Counted from the first letter of the whole stretch, positions 1 to 12,151 are shown. The stretch: DNA of 63,329 nucleotides, filler included, from Basidiobolus ranarum (GCA_040143965.1; 52 parts of 52 records of this genome joined end to end with filler, not necessarily neighbours in it); one strand, 5' to 3'. A program made the numbers and translations. The notes: generated by a model from the letters alone, not told the origin.

Positions 1-1
1 T

Positions 2-190
2 GACATCATTAAATCAGCCAACGTGGCAACCATCGAGGAGGGAGCAGCTGAAGTCGGAGCCAAATATGTAGCACCACCTACTCCATTTGCTGACTTTTCG
101 CAAGTGGATGGCCGGGTTGTGACTGGTGCTAACCCAGCCAGTGCCAAATCTACTGCAGAGAATGCCATTAAGGTATTCTCAAGTCTTTAA
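2..190 (+). CDS. HSP31: C-terminal fragment of a DJ-1/PfpI-family (Hsp31-like glyoxalase III) protein
   Basis: Frame 2 reads ...PPTPFADFSQVDGRVVTGANPASAKSTAENAIKVFSSL*. DGR(L/V)VTGxNPASA is the conserved Hsp31/DJ-1 C-terminal motif. 5'-truncated by the contig edge. Confidence 0.85.
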   Translation, partial: DIIKSANVATIEEGAAEVGAKYVAPPTPFADFSQVDGRVVTGANPASAKSTAENAIKVFSSL

Positions 191-503
191 GAAAAGTAAT
201 CTCTAGCATAATGATCCGATTCCAAAACTTCAATAGAAATAAATATATATATACCCAAGACGTAGAGTTAATTAGGCCCAAATGGATATCAAGCACAATT
301 TCAGGCAGAGATTGAAGTGATTTTATATAGAGTAAAATAGGCAAGCATTGGCGAAGTGTTTAGCGGTAGAAAATGTAAAAACTGTTCTAACAGTATTGTG
401 TGGAGTATAAATGAGGTTTTCATGTCCTTTATAGATTTAGACAAGTAGCCAATTACAATATATATAGCACCTAAAGTTAGTGTACAAATGTAATCACTAG
501 ATA

Positions 504-1126
504 TTACAAGCCACAACATCCCACGTGCTTTGAGCAGTAGTCTTGAAAAAATTCTACTGAAACTGCTCCTTGCATTGTTTCCAGCGTTGCATATCCAAAT
601 GCCCAGAAGGAAGGCAAACTATTGGAGTGACCATGTCGATTCACCTTTTCACGATAGTGATGCATTCTACGTCTCTGATACTCTTCATACAAGTTGTTCC
701 ACACATCTTCCGACTCGAAGAACCTCTTATATACAACTATCGAAGGAACAATAAGCACATTACCATTGTTCCACACCATTTTTCCATATGGCGAATTATC
801 GGACTCGCCATAAAATGTGGTACGGCCTAGGATAAATATCTTCAGTTTGTCGGCACGAAGAGGAACTTCTTGACTCAAGTCGGTTAGCCTATTATTCAAT
901 TCGAAATAACCCAAGGTGTTGCTATTCACAATTGACCAATGAACACACCCTTCAGTGATACCATTTTCTAAGAGCGTAATGAATTCGTCTAACGTAGGAG
1001 CTTCAATTATGCGATCTACTAGACGATGAGCGATCTCAATTTGTTCCTCCTTTCCTTTGATGGATACATCATAGAAGTACTTGTCACGATGACGCTTGCA
1101 AACATATTTGATAATCATACGCTCTC
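504..1126 (-). CDS. Intronless >=204-aa ORF of unknown function (C-terminal part)
   Basis: Uninterrupted frame open to the contig edge, CpG retained, protein-like composition. Ends NRHGHSNSLPSFWAFGY...YCSKHVGCCGL*. Confidence 0.65.
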
Positions 1127-1226
1127 NNNNNNNNNNNNNNNNNNNNNNNNNNNNNNNNNNNNNNNNNNNNTTAATTAATTAANNNNNNNNNNNNNNNNNN
1201 NNNNNNNNNNNNNNNNNNNNNNNNNN
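1127..1226. other. Artificial contig spacer N44-TTAATTAATTAA-N44 (first of 51 copies, one every ~1.22 kb)
   Basis: Identical 100-bp block between segments whose lengths fall monotonically from 1126 to 1114 bp. The 12-mer puts stop codons in all six frames. Confidence 0.99.
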
Positions 1227-1231
1227 ACTAG

Positions 1232-1309
1232 AAATACACAGCCACAGGCGGAGGTGCTACCAAATGCTCTGGTAAAGAATGGGACACAATATCAGCAGAT
1301 GCTTGCTAG
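1232..1309 (+). CDS. Possible terminal exon of a small Cys/Gly-containing protein
   Basis: Follows a CTAG acceptor-like site and reads KYTATGGGATKCSGKEWDTISADAC*. Converges on the RasGAP 3' end. Confidence 0.25.
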   Translation, partial: KYTATGGGATKCSGKEWDTISADAC

Positions 1310-1503
1310 CAAGTATAATCTTGAGATAGACAGCATTTGGGGAGTAGTTTTCATGGAAATTTATATTTCATTCACAAAGAAAGTATTAATGAAGAGGTAC
1401 TGTAGGGACGGAAGATATGGTATTAAGGGTTCGAAAAAGTACTACTGGTGGCATCCTCAGTATTCGAAAAAATGCCAAACAACAGGAAATCATGGCTAAC
1501 TTT

Positions 1504-2352
1504 TTATCGTTTGTTGAAATACTTATTCAATAGGTGTAATAGTCTCACAACGTTTAGTTGCACATATTCAAGATCAAGTAGTTGGACGTTATCTTGTTGC
1601 TAGTTTCGGTAAAAAACGGTTAAGAATAATATCAGTACAAGCCTAAAGCATCATGAAACAAACCTTCTCCAATAGATCATCCAATTTGAGGTCCATTTCG
1701 AGAATTGGCTTTTCACGACCTGCAGGAATCTTTGAATAACTTGAATCTAAAGAGCAGAGTCGCATATGATGGCTTACCTTTATAGTGCAAGGAAATAACG
1801 AATGTTCCAGGGATGGGTGACACGATGTTAAAGAAAATATTGTTTCTTCTATAATCACGGTTCTCATATTAGCAACATCACGTATTTATAGCAGCCAAAA
1901 GGGAACAAACCTGGACTCTGGAACATTACACTCGAAGATGACTCCATCACGTTCAAGTTGATGATGTGAAAACTTCAATGGTCCAGATATGTAATGAGTT
2001 TTCTCCTTTTTCCCACCAGAGTGCATTCTCACGTTTTGCAGGTAAGCCTTGTATGATTCTAATTGCATTCTGAGGTAGTTATTATGATCACAAATAGTCT
2101 TATAGACACCTTCTAGAGATCCCATTTCAATGAGAACTTGGTCTCGGGTATTTCCTAAGTGTACGAGTTCCTGGAAAAGAGTTCATTGATATATCTTTCA
2201 TGTACTGAGTTTGACTATAGAGTTACCTGGTTAACTTCTTGGGTCATTAAGGCAAAGTTGTCTACGTACAACATTTTGCGGATATTAACCGAATCTGAAT
2301 ATCTAGGCATCTCTTCTTGGCTTATGAAATTTTCTGACTTTAGCAGGCCACG
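1504..2352 (-). CDS. gap1: Ras GTPase-activating protein (fungal Gap1/Sar1 type), C-terminal exons
   Basis: Exons 2227-2352 (boundary uncertain), 1911-2170, 1778-1848, 1664-1719, 1504-1599. GT-AG introns 2171-2226, 1849-1910, 1720-1777, 1600-1663. Spliced product ELVHLGN...VYKTICDHNNYLRMQLESYKAYLQNVR...SPIPGTFVISLHYKGREKPILEMDLKLDDLLEKQQDNVQLLDLEYVQLNV...FNKR* matches the RasGAP C-terminal domain. Confidence 0.9.
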
Positions 2353-2452
2353 NNNNNNNNNNNNNNNNNNNNNNNNNNNNNNNNNNNNNNNNNNNNTTAA
2401 TTAATTAANNNNNNNNNNNNNNNNNNNNNNNNNNNNNNNNNNNNNNNNNNNN

Positions 2453-3578
2453 AATTGCTAAATATCTGAAATTTTGAATAGCACTGACACTTGGCAAATA
2501 GCTGACTCTTGTTACCATTCACAATGACAATAAGCTCTTGAATTTTGGCAAATTTCCGTAAAGAATTCAGCCAATATATCCCTGACTTGCAGTCAACCAA
2601 TGTCCTGCCACAAGTAGATGTGTCTTTACTTGTATAGAATACCCCATGGCTAAAACAATAATATTGCATGTCTCCATCTATCTCACCAAGAAGTCTGTCT
2701 TGCAGCTTTACTAAAAATACTGTCAGATTATCACATAAGCAAATTAGTTGGATTATAAAGGTGCTTACTCTGTGTCCATGGATTGGGCTTTGTTGCTGTA
2801 ATTGTGCTCAAACAATGCAAAAACCTGTGAGCACATTGAAAAGAGCCCTTTGTTGGCAGGTTAATATACTCTGGAGTCTCCTTAACCCATCACATTACAT
2901 CCATCACTGATTTGCTGATACATTGTTAATCAGATTAGCATATGGTAATACTGACAATTTCACACAGAGCATCATTTCACCGCAGGTGCACTCCATTGGG
3001 GACTCCCAGAATGTATAGCAAGGGCCTATAATCTCTAAGCATTGTGGAAGATGCAGTAGGGAATGTAATTAATACTGGCATAGATTCAGTCTATCTTCTT
3101 TAAACCTATATTAAAGTTTTTCATATCCACTTACAAAATCTTTGCACAGTCACTGCATCTGCCTGAGACCTGCCAATGTGAGTTGATGCCGTAAGAATAT
3201 ATTAACAATATTCACAAACAACTCCCAATGTTGCCAATACTTATCGGGCAGAAATCTTTTCAAAATTCCACTTCAATATATACAAATCCAATACTTAATC
3301 CAATACTGCCAGTCTTTGCATTTGAATAAATGCCTAGATGAGTGGATATTGATAGGAGTCCTGTTAAAATATGATGGTATCTTGACGTTTTCATGCATTT
3401 TCCCAATTGATTTAAACTTTGATCCTATCTTGAATGGCTCATTCATATTAAATCTTCCACTATATAGCTGAGTAAATAGTATTGGAATGTTGCTTAATAG
3501 TAAATGCACGGTGCCTAATGGGAAACTCTGGCTCCAGCTGATCCCCTTTAGCAATATAATCTTAGGCTTATGGCTAAT
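2453..3578 (-). mobile_element. CMC/CACTA (EnSpm-like) transposase remnant, central to C-terminal part
   Basis: Degenerate frames carry FPLGTVHLL, IPSYFNRTPINI, FKCKDW, LLHL..C..IIGPC and PMECTC (catalytic E region). Stops and frameshifts present. Confidence 0.85.
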
Positions 3579-3678
3579 NNNNNNNNNNNNNNNNNNNNNN
3601 NNNNNNNNNNNNNNNNNNNNNNTTAATTAATTAANNNNNNNNNNNNNNNNNNNNNNNNNNNNNNNNNNNNNNNNNNNN

Positions 3679-4803
3679 GAAATAAGTCAAGAAACTTCAG
3701 AGTAACACCTGGTTTTTTGGTTTTTCCATGATTGACTCAAATCCAGGTGATTTTGGGCAAGATTCCGCACAGTTTCCAAAATGTTAAACCACTCATCATG
3801 AGAGCAAGTAATGGCAGCTCTGACATTCAGAGTCTTTTGGTTTGCTGGTTTTCCTATGAGATTTCTACTTTCATGTGCCCAAGCAATTTCATGTTGTTGT
3901 GTAGGCTTAATGGTCCAACACATATTCTGCTCTGCTAGATTGTCATGGTGACATTCATATGTATGGTGTGGGATTGCTTGAAATCCTGCATGAGAATGGA
4001 CAGATGGAGCAGCATGTTGCTGTAGCTCAAGTACAGCAATCTGAAGGTCGTGTATCATTGTTGAGTGACTCTGTAACTATTGACCAGTTGCTTCCAAATG
4101 CTGCATTAATTATGATATTGCAGCATTATTGCTTGTGATGGCCTGTATAGCTACATCATAGTTTTTACTTATGGTGGCATACAAATCATTATGGTGTTCA
4201 GCCTCTGATTCCCTTGTTGTTAATAATTCTATCCAAATTTCCTACAGAGGGTTGTTCAATAGTGGGCAAAGTAGCCATTTTGGAAGTTGATGGTTTTGAC
4301 AGTGTTTTGATTTAACTTTGCTAACTATTGATTTACTATGTAATTGGGGGATTACAATCTCTTCATTTGCACTTTTGCTGAAAAGGAACATGTCTGGTAA
4401 GGTGATTAATGCTTCATCATTACTTGAGTTAGTTTCCGGAATGTTAATGCCTTCCAAAGTGGATAGTTGATTGCTAGACTGCTCATCAATTAAGTCCTCT
4501 GTTCTTGCTGGTTTTTTTCCTCTTGTGCCAGCAGGCTATGGCTTGGAAGCTAATTTTGACTTAGATTTTGAGAATTTTTGAATGGTATTGAAATTTTCAG
4601 ATGGTAAACTTGATGTAATAAAATTGCTTAGAAATAGCTTATAATAAACCAAAATTGCCATCCATTACTGGAAATATTGTGTAAATCCACTGATGACTCA
4701 TCTGTGACATTGTCTCAGAATCAGCTGATGATACTGATGGGCTATACCTAAAATACCACCCTTATGTGGGAGATGTTCTTTTTTCCACAATATCCTTCTC
4801 ATG
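3679..4803 (-). mobile_element. CACTA-like element ORF2 (TnpA-analogue), N-terminal half plus intergenic region
   Basis: Same sequence family as 9919-10211, 12560-13375 and 52499-52848. Coiled-coil segment followed by the RAAITCSxDEWFNILETVRNLAQNHLDLSQSWKNQ domain. Confidence 0.75.
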
Positions 4804-4903
4804 NNNNNNNNNNNNNNNNNNNNNNNNNNNNNNNNNNNNNNNNNNNNTTAATTAATTAANNNNNNNNNNNNNNNNNNNNNNNNNNNNNNNNNNNNNNNNN
4901 NNN

Positions 4904-5711
4904 AGATGAGTGGATATTGATGGGAGTCCTGGTAAGATATGATGGTATCTTGATGTTTTCAAGCATTTTCTCAATCAATTCAAACTTTGATCCTATCTCA
5001 AATGGCTCATTCTTATTGAATTTTTCACTATATAGCTGAGTAAGTGGTATTGGAATGCTGTTGAGTAGTAAGTGCATAGTGCCTAATGGGAAGCTCTGGC
5101 TCCAGCTGATCCCCTTTGGCAATATTAACTTAGGCTTACAGCTAATATCAAGTTTGATGTTAGACTGACTATTTGGTGAATTGATATCAGTGATCATGTT
5201 GAAATCTGACCGGGCTCTTCATGGTAGAATCATGAAGTTTAGTGTTGCATTTGGATGGTAGTAATGCATATGCCTGTTAGAGTAAGCTCCATTGATTTGA
5301 GAAAATCTACAGAAAGATAGTGTATTGTGCCTGCAAAAGCCTCCAAGTTTACTGATGGCAGGAGTGTCACCAATACATACAATGATATTAGCTTCAATAA
5401 AATATTCACCCATCTGAATTCCATTAGATAACCATTCAAATTCTGCAATCCAAGGCTCCAAGAAGCTATCTATAAGCACTGGTGATTTAAGTCTTGATAT
5501 GATGGCTAGTATCAAAATATTATGACTCTTATACTGTTCAGAAAGAGGAAGATTTAAGTGGATTAAAATTATTGGCCAGCAGGCCTGTCCAATTGTATAT
5601 TTGTTTAGTGAGAAACCATCCAGAGCCAATACAAATGCATGATTGTAAGTGTACTCAAAGAAACCTTGACTTTTCAGATTCTGGTAGTGATATCCATCAA
5701 GTATATTGGTT
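4904..5711 (-). mobile_element. CMC/CACTA transposase remnant (Tnp2-like catalytic region)
   Basis: ALDGF..WPIILIHLNLP..QYK, DSFLEP and IGDTPAISK, i.e. the first two catalytic Asp motifs. Confidence 0.9.
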
Positions 5712-6028
5712 TGTAGTTGTTTCAGGGTGTAAGCAGCAACTATAACTGCAATATCCTAAGGGTTTTGTGAGGTGTCCAAAGGGTGCAATAAGCACGGTTG
5801 AATAACTCTGGGATGTACTGTAATATGGGTCTGTCTCTTGCCTCTTGGGTCTTTGTGAAAGGGAATCAAGCCTCTAGAAATGTCCAAGGACTGATAAACC
5901 ACAATGCAATGTCCAGCTCTCTGTTGAAAAATATGCCGGTGCCTGACAAAAGAATATACTGGCTTGAGCATCCTTTGAGAATGATCAGATAGAAAGGGTA
6001 TATCAAATCAAACACAACTGTAAACTCA
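5712..6028 (-). repeat. LTR family L4 (TGTAGT...ACTACA), 3' end, inserted in the CACTA transposase
   Basis: Reverse complement of ~15040-15348. Sharp boundary at TGTAGTTG. Confidence 0.8.
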
Positions 6029-6128
6029 NNNNNNNNNNNNNNNNNNNNNNNNNNNNNNNNNNNNNNNNNNNNTTAATTAATTAANNNNNNNNNNNNNNNN
6101 NNNNNNNNNNNNNNNNNNNNNNNNNNNN

Positions 6129-7253
6129 CAAATCCCCAAAGGTCCTTGTCTTCAAGCACCATTTGCATCTTGAACTTCCAAAGGTGAAAGTCTTCACCAT
6201 CAAACTTCTCCGTGGATGCAAAAACATTGGTAATAGTACTGGTAGACATTCCTTTCACAGCTAGCTTGGGGCTCATAACTTGATAAAAGTGTTTAGGGGA
6301 TTTGTATGTGTTTTGGACAAGATTTGGATTTGCAAATTAGACACTTAAGTTTTATTGAATTGAATATGTCCTACTTATAGTTTACTATGAGATAGGACTA
6401 TTGGACATGCTTAGATCATAACAAACATGCCTGTTTAGCAAGGGTGAAAATTTGAGGTGATTTGGAGAACTTTTGAGAAAATAGTGAAAATTGCTGAAAG
6501 TAATCTAATTGATACTTGTATCAATTAGAGCAATAAACACATGTGTTTGAATGACAGAATTGAGTGCTAAATAATCAAAATATGAATAAACTAACTACTA
6601 AATAATGAGTTGCTATTTACCTCATTTTAACATTCCTACTCTACTAATTATTTTGTATTTCTCTTAAACCTAACTTATATCTTAATTATTCAAATTGTGC
6701 CTTAGCTAAAGGTTTGGTCAAGATATCAGCTGTCATTTCTTCAGTAGGCCAATAGACAAGTTCAATTGTATCATTCTCTATTGTTTCTCTAATAAAATGA
6801 TGCCTAATACCTATATGTTTTGTTCTAGCACAAAATGTAGGGTTTAGCTAATGAAATATTACTTTGATTATCTTCAAATACAGTAATAGCACAATTTTGC
6901 ATATATACTGAGTCTATAAATAACTTTCTGAATGACATAGCTTCTTGTGTAGTAGCAGGGGCAGCCATATACTCTGCTTCTGTAGTGGAAAGTGCTATGG
7001 TTGGTTGCTATTTACTATTCTAAGTTATGGCTCCTTTACCATAGAGAAAAGTGTATCCAGTTGTTGATCTTCTCTCATCAAGGTTTCTTCCCGTCTGCAT
7101 CACTGTAGCCTTCAAAATTTTGTGCATCAGGAGTGGTAGAGTATTCTAGAACTAGATCTACAGCTCCTCTCAAATACCTGAATATTTGTTATACTGCAGT
7201 TTTGTGCTCAGATCCTGGATTTTTTGAGATATTGGCTGACTCTTCCCACTACC
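6129..7253 (-). mobile_element. Ty1/copia remnant: RT/RNase H end, PPT, LTR (6281-6632), PBS, gag start
   Basis: QPTIALSTTEAEYMA, TKHIGIRHHFIRE and ADILTKPL; purine tract 6633-6645; PBS AGTTATGAGCCCC; gag FDGEDFHLWKFKMQMVLEDKDLW. Confidence 0.9.
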
Positions 7254-7353
7254 NNNNNNNNNNNNNNNNNNNNNNNNNNNNNNNNNNNNNNNNNNNNTTA
7301 ATTAATTAANNNNNNNNNNNNNNNNNNNNNNNNNNNNNNNNNNNNNNNNNNNN

Positions 7354-8478
7354 GCAAAAAACGTAACTCAAATTTTACACAATGACCACTTGAAAGCTAA
7401 TTTGTCACCTTTGAAATCCCTGGTTTCTTTGATATAATCTCCTGAATATTTTTATAGAGTTCTTCATACCCAAGGTTTAGCTCTTACCCAACACAAGTTT
7501 GTATCAATATCTCCATCAAAGCCCACCATTGTATTAACATTGCTGAATTAACATTCTTCCAGCTATCTGGCAGATACCCTGCAATATTGTGCCACTCTGT
7601 ATTAAGTTCTTCCCAGATATCTGCATGGTCAACACCAGACTGAATGTCAAATTGAATGTTCTTCTTCTGAAGCCACTTTCTGCATATTTGCACCATGTTT
7701 TTCCCTTCATACTTTTGAGAATACTCCTCAAGCACTTTGACTATTTTTGTACATCCTTGTAGTGTGACACTACTCAGGGTGCTTTGTGGTTTTTGTGTGG
7801 CTTTTTGCTTGCCTTTACCTTTGGGGCTAATTACAACACTTTGAGAAGTACCAGTTGAGGTTGGAAAGCTGTGAGTTTTATTTGCTGGTGTTTTGGCTTG
7901 TTAAGAGATGCCAGGTGTTGGATATACTTCCAAATTTAGCACTCTTCCAACTGGTGTACCAAGTTCCATGGTGAAATTAAGCTTTTTTGCCAGTACATCT
8001 GACTCTGGAAATGCAGATCTTTGTAATGATGTGAAGAATTTGGTAAGTGGGACAGTAGAGACTAAACTCACTGGCTCATTTGCTTTTCCCTTGAGTTTAC
8101 TAACTTCCTGCTCCTTCAGTACTTCTTTAGCTGCTTTTGTTTCTTTTCCAAGTCAATAATTGCATACATTTTTTAGATGTTTCATGAATAGGCTTATACT
8201 AGCCCATTGCCATTTGCTTGCAAAAACCCAGGATACGCCACATAAAATAAGTCAAGAACCTTCAGAGTAACACCTGGATTTTGGTTTTATTCACAATTGG
8301 CTCAAATCCTGGTGATTTCAGGCAACATTCCACACAGTTTCCCAAATGTTAAACCACTCATCATCAGAGCAAGTGATGGCAGCTCTGACATTCAGAGTCT
8401 TTTGGTTTGCCGGTTTTCCTATGAGATTTCTACTTTCATGTGCCCAAGCAATTTCGGGTCTTTGTGTAGGCTTAATGG
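7354..8478 (-). mobile_element. CACTA-like ORF2, C-terminal half
   Basis: Matches 43985-45101, 11589-12097 and 45737-46237 (CRKWLQKKNIQFDIQSGVDHADIWEELNTEWHN). Runs into the end-A subterminal region. Confidence 0.75.
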
Positions 8479-8578
8479 NNNNNNNNNNNNNNNNNNNNNN
8501 NNNNNNNNNNNNNNNNNNNNNNTTAATTAATTAANNNNNNNNNNNNNNNNNNNNNNNNNNNNNNNNNNNNNNNNNNNN

Positions 8579-8907
8579 TTGGGTATGAAGAACTCTATAA
8601 AAATATTCAGGAGAATATATCAAAGAGACTAGGGATTTCAAAGGTGACAAATTAGCATTCAAGTGGTAATTGTGTAAAATTTGAGTTACATTTTTTGCAC
8701 ATGTGTTGATCCATAGTTCTCTGAGATTTTAGCCAATCATTTGCAACTATTTTGCAAGATCTTGAAATTTCACTCCTGAAACTGAAAAAATTGATTAAAA
8801 TCAAATCTAACTTGATGATTTTATGATGGTAAGTAAATGGTCAATCCCAAATGGATTAAAATTGTGATGGTTTTCCTAAAATAACGATCCTGAAATTTCT
8901 GTTAGGG
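8579..8907 (+). mobile_element. CACTA-like element end A (...AAATTTCTGTTAGGG)
   Basis: The same terminus with unrelated flanks occurs at 25979, 30294, 37525, 45487 and 61196. Confidence 0.85.
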
Positions 8908-9599
8908 TAACTTCAACTACCCAAATATTATAAGGTAAATTTTGTGCATTTATCATATATCTTGCTATTTCAATTATAGTCCTTTGGCAACTCCACTTCA
9001 TTGTGGTCAATAAGTGGAGTAGCTTCTTGCTTATTCCCATGAACTATACAAAAGTTTTAAATAATGTTAAAGTATATTTTCCATAATTATACAGATATGT
9101 TCCTTGATTTTGGTTCCAGTTTCAGTCTCCACAAGTGTTTTAAAGTCTCTAAAGATAGAGAGAGCTTCATCTTTGCTTTTCATAAAGTAGACCCAGGTGT
9201 ATCTTGTATAATCCTTAATAAATGTGTATAGATATCTTTTTCCTTCCAAAGATGAATTTTGTGTATATCCATACAAATGCATATGATTTAGATCAAATAT
9301 TTTGATTAATTTCAATAGACCAGAGCTCTTGAAAGGTTACCCAGTTTGATTTTAATATATACAAGCCGCACAAACTTTTATTCTGATTGAGAGGTTAGTT
9401 TGAATGCCAGAAACTAGGTAATTCTTGATCTATTGGCTCTAATGATCAAACCCAACATAGCCAAATCTCTTTTGCCATGATTGAGTAGTTTCTTGATTGG
9501 AGCAACTTATATATACATATAAGCCTCTTTGATAATATGTAAGCTTGTGTAAGTTCAGAACCTTTTTTCCCAAAGTGAAATAATTCCTTTTTTGATCAG
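8908..9599 (-). mobile_element. Ty1/copia integrase remnant
   Basis: YLYTFIKDYTRYTWVYFMKSKDEALSIFRDFKTLVETETGTKIK. Confidence 0.85.
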
Positions 9600-9803
9600 T
9601 GTTGTGTCCAAGAGAAAAGTGGATAAGAAGTCTTGAACTTTACTGAACCAAAGAAAACAGTTAAGGGCAGAATCTTAGAACTGTGTAAGCAGGATATATA
9701 AGCNNNNNNNNNNNNNNNNNNNNNNNNNNNNNNNNNNNNNNNNNNNNTTAATTAATTAANNNNNNNNNNNNNNNNNNNNNNNNNNNNNNNNNNNNNNNNN
9801 NNN

Positions 9804-9918
9804 TATCTTCCTGGTCCAGTCTTGTCTTGTCTTGTCTTGTGGTCTACACCCAAGTACTCTACTGCCTTCTAGCCTCTTGTCATTGTTCCCAGTCCATGTC
9901 CAGTTACTTATTGTGACA
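9804..9918 (-). repeat. LTR-like family L8 terminus (TGTCACAATAAG) with an (ACAAG)4 tract
   Basis: Reverse complement of 61997-62115. Interrupts CACTA ORF2. Confidence 0.6.
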
Positions 9919-10927
9919 CTTGATGGTGTTTAAGTTGAACTTTGCTCAACTATTTTACTACATGATTGGGGGATTACAATCTCTTCATCTTTGCTATTGC
10001 TGGAAAGGAACACATGTGGTGAATTGATCAATGCTTCATCATTTCTTGAGTTAGTTTCTGGCATATCAATGCCTTCTAAAGTGGTTTGTGGATCAGTAGA
10101 CTGCTCATCAACAAAGTCCTCTGTTCTCCCTCTTTTTTTTCCATTTCTTCCAGCAGGCTTTTGCTTGGAAGCCAATTTTGATTCTGATTTTGAATGCTTT
10201 CTGACTGGCATTGAAATTTTCAGATAGTAAACCAGGTGTAATGAAATTGCTTAGAAACAGATTATAATAAATCAAAATTGCCATCCATTATCAGAAATAT
10301 CCTATAAATTCCCTGATGACACATCTGTGACACCATCTCAGAATCAGCTGATGAAATTGATGGGATATATCTAAAATACCACCCTTATGTAGGAGGTGTT
10401 CTTTTCTCTACAATATCCTTCTCATGCCACAACCCAAATGTTCAAAGAAGCCCTGCTATTAATGTCAGAAATTCTGGGGCTATGAAAGCTGGAGGCTACA
10501 TAGAAAAAATAATCATTAGCATGGTCACTGTACAAAGCCACCAGCTGCACAAAGCCAGGTGAATATCAACAGTAATAAGTGCACAAAACTGACTTTTGTT
10601 TTGCCCACTGAGTCCACTGACTGTATTTTGCCTCAAAGTTTTGGTAGCTGTGCCAAAAGTCAAGATACTGTGGAGTTACCACAGTTATGTGACCAGAATG
10701 ATGTAGGTAGAAATGCAACTTTGGTCAAACCAGTAAGTCCAGACAACTTTGAGTACATGCTGCCAGATGTTGACCTTGGTTATTCCAGTACTGATGGTAG
10801 TATATCAGAAGTTGAAGAAGAAGATGATGGTTTTGTTACAGACTCTCTGTTATTATAGGTATATATTGCTCATATTTGGCTTACATACCATTGATTACCC
10901 ATCTTAAAGTTTTGATGAAATCACCCA
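9919..10927. mobile_element. Centre of the CACTA-like element: ORF2 start (minus, ATG 10211) and transposase start (plus, ATG 10424), head-to-head
   Basis: Plus frame MPQPKCSKKPCY*CQKFWGYESWRLHRKNNH (C2H2-like), then an acidic tract, then YIPLITHLKVLMKSP, which overlaps the transposase segment at the end of contig 23254-24374. Confidence 0.75.
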
Positions 10928-11027
10928 NNNNNNNNNNNNNNNNNNNNNNNNNNNNNNNNNNNNNNNNNNNNTTAATTAATTAANNNNNNNNNNNNNNNNN
11001 NNNNNNNNNNNNNNNNNNNNNNNNNNN

Positions 11028-12097
11028 TGGCAATTTTGGTTTATTATAAGCTGCTTCTAAGCAATTTCATTACACTAAGTTTATCATCTGAAAATTTCAA
11101 TGGCATTCAAAAAGCTTTCAAAATCTAAATCAGAACCAGCTTTGAAGCCAAAGCCTGCTGGCACAAAAGGAAAACAACCAGCAAGAACAGAGGACTTGAT
11201 TGATGAGCAGTCAAGTGATCCACGATCTACTTTGGAAGGCATTAACACCTCTTACTTACCATCATAAAATTGTCAAGTTAGATTTGCTTTTAAGCAATTT
11301 TTTCAGTTTCAGGAGTGAAATTTCAAGATCTTGCAAAATATTTGCACATGATTGGCTACAATCTTAGAGAACTATGGATTAACACATTTGTGAAAAACAT
11401 AACTCAAATTTTACATATTTACTACTTGAATACTAATTTGTCTCCTTCCAAATTCCTAGTTTCTTTGATATATTCTCCTGAATATTTTTATAGAGTTCTT
11501 CATACCCAAGGTTTAGCTCACACCCAACACAAATTTGTATCAATATCAAAGCCCACCATTGTATTAAAATTGCTGAATCAACATTCTTCTAGCTATCTGA
11601 CAGATACCCTGCAATATTGTGCCACTCCGTATTAAGTTCTTCCCAGATATCTGCATAGTTAACACCAGACTGAGTATCAAATTGAATGTTCTTCTTCTGA
11701 AGCCACTTTCTGCATGCTTGCACTGCATTTTTACCTTCATATATTTGAAAATACTCCACAGGCACTTTGACTATTTTGATATGTCCTTGTAGTCTGACAT
11801 CACTGAGGGTGCTTTGAAGTGTTTGTGCCACTTTTAACTTGCCTTCAAGCTTGGGGCTAATTTCAACACTTTGAAAAGTACCAGTTGAGGTTGGAGAGCC
11901 ATAAGTTTTATTTACTGACATTTTGGCTTGTTGAGTGTTGCCTGGTATTGGATAAACTTCCAAACATAGCACTCTTGCAACTGGTGTATCTGGTCCCATA
12001 ATGAGGTCAGGCTTTTTTGCCAGTATGTCTGACTTTAGAAAGGCAGATCTTTTTAGTGGTATAAAGAATTCAGTAAGTGGGACAGTAGAGCCTAAAC
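11028..12097. mobile_element. Rearranged CACTA-like copy (ORF2 N-terminus on plus fused to end-A region and ORF2 C-terminus on minus)
   Basis: Direct similarity to the other copies, with an orientation switch near 11248. Confidence 0.7.
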
Positions 12098-12151
12098 TGT
12101 TGAAAGTTTGGTGACTTGTGGTACAAGCAGTAATTCCCAAAGAGGAAAATA
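12098..12151 (+). repeat. 5' end of tRNA-containing LTR family L3, inserted in CACTA ORF2
   Basis: TGTTGAAAGTTTGGTGACTTGTGGTACAAGCAG matches the start of 58958 and the reverse of 32668. Confidence 0.8.

Noticed and set aside
2159-2669. ORF-track entries ending in XXXX-LIN or XXXX-N
   Set aside because: They read into the spacer, so their stops are artificial. Many other short ORFs are antisense shadows of transposon genes.
8901-8907. TTAGGG/CCCTAA as telomeric repeat or telomere-addition site
   Set aside because: Always a single unit forming the transposon TIR and followed by ordinary flanking DNA; there are no tandem arrays.
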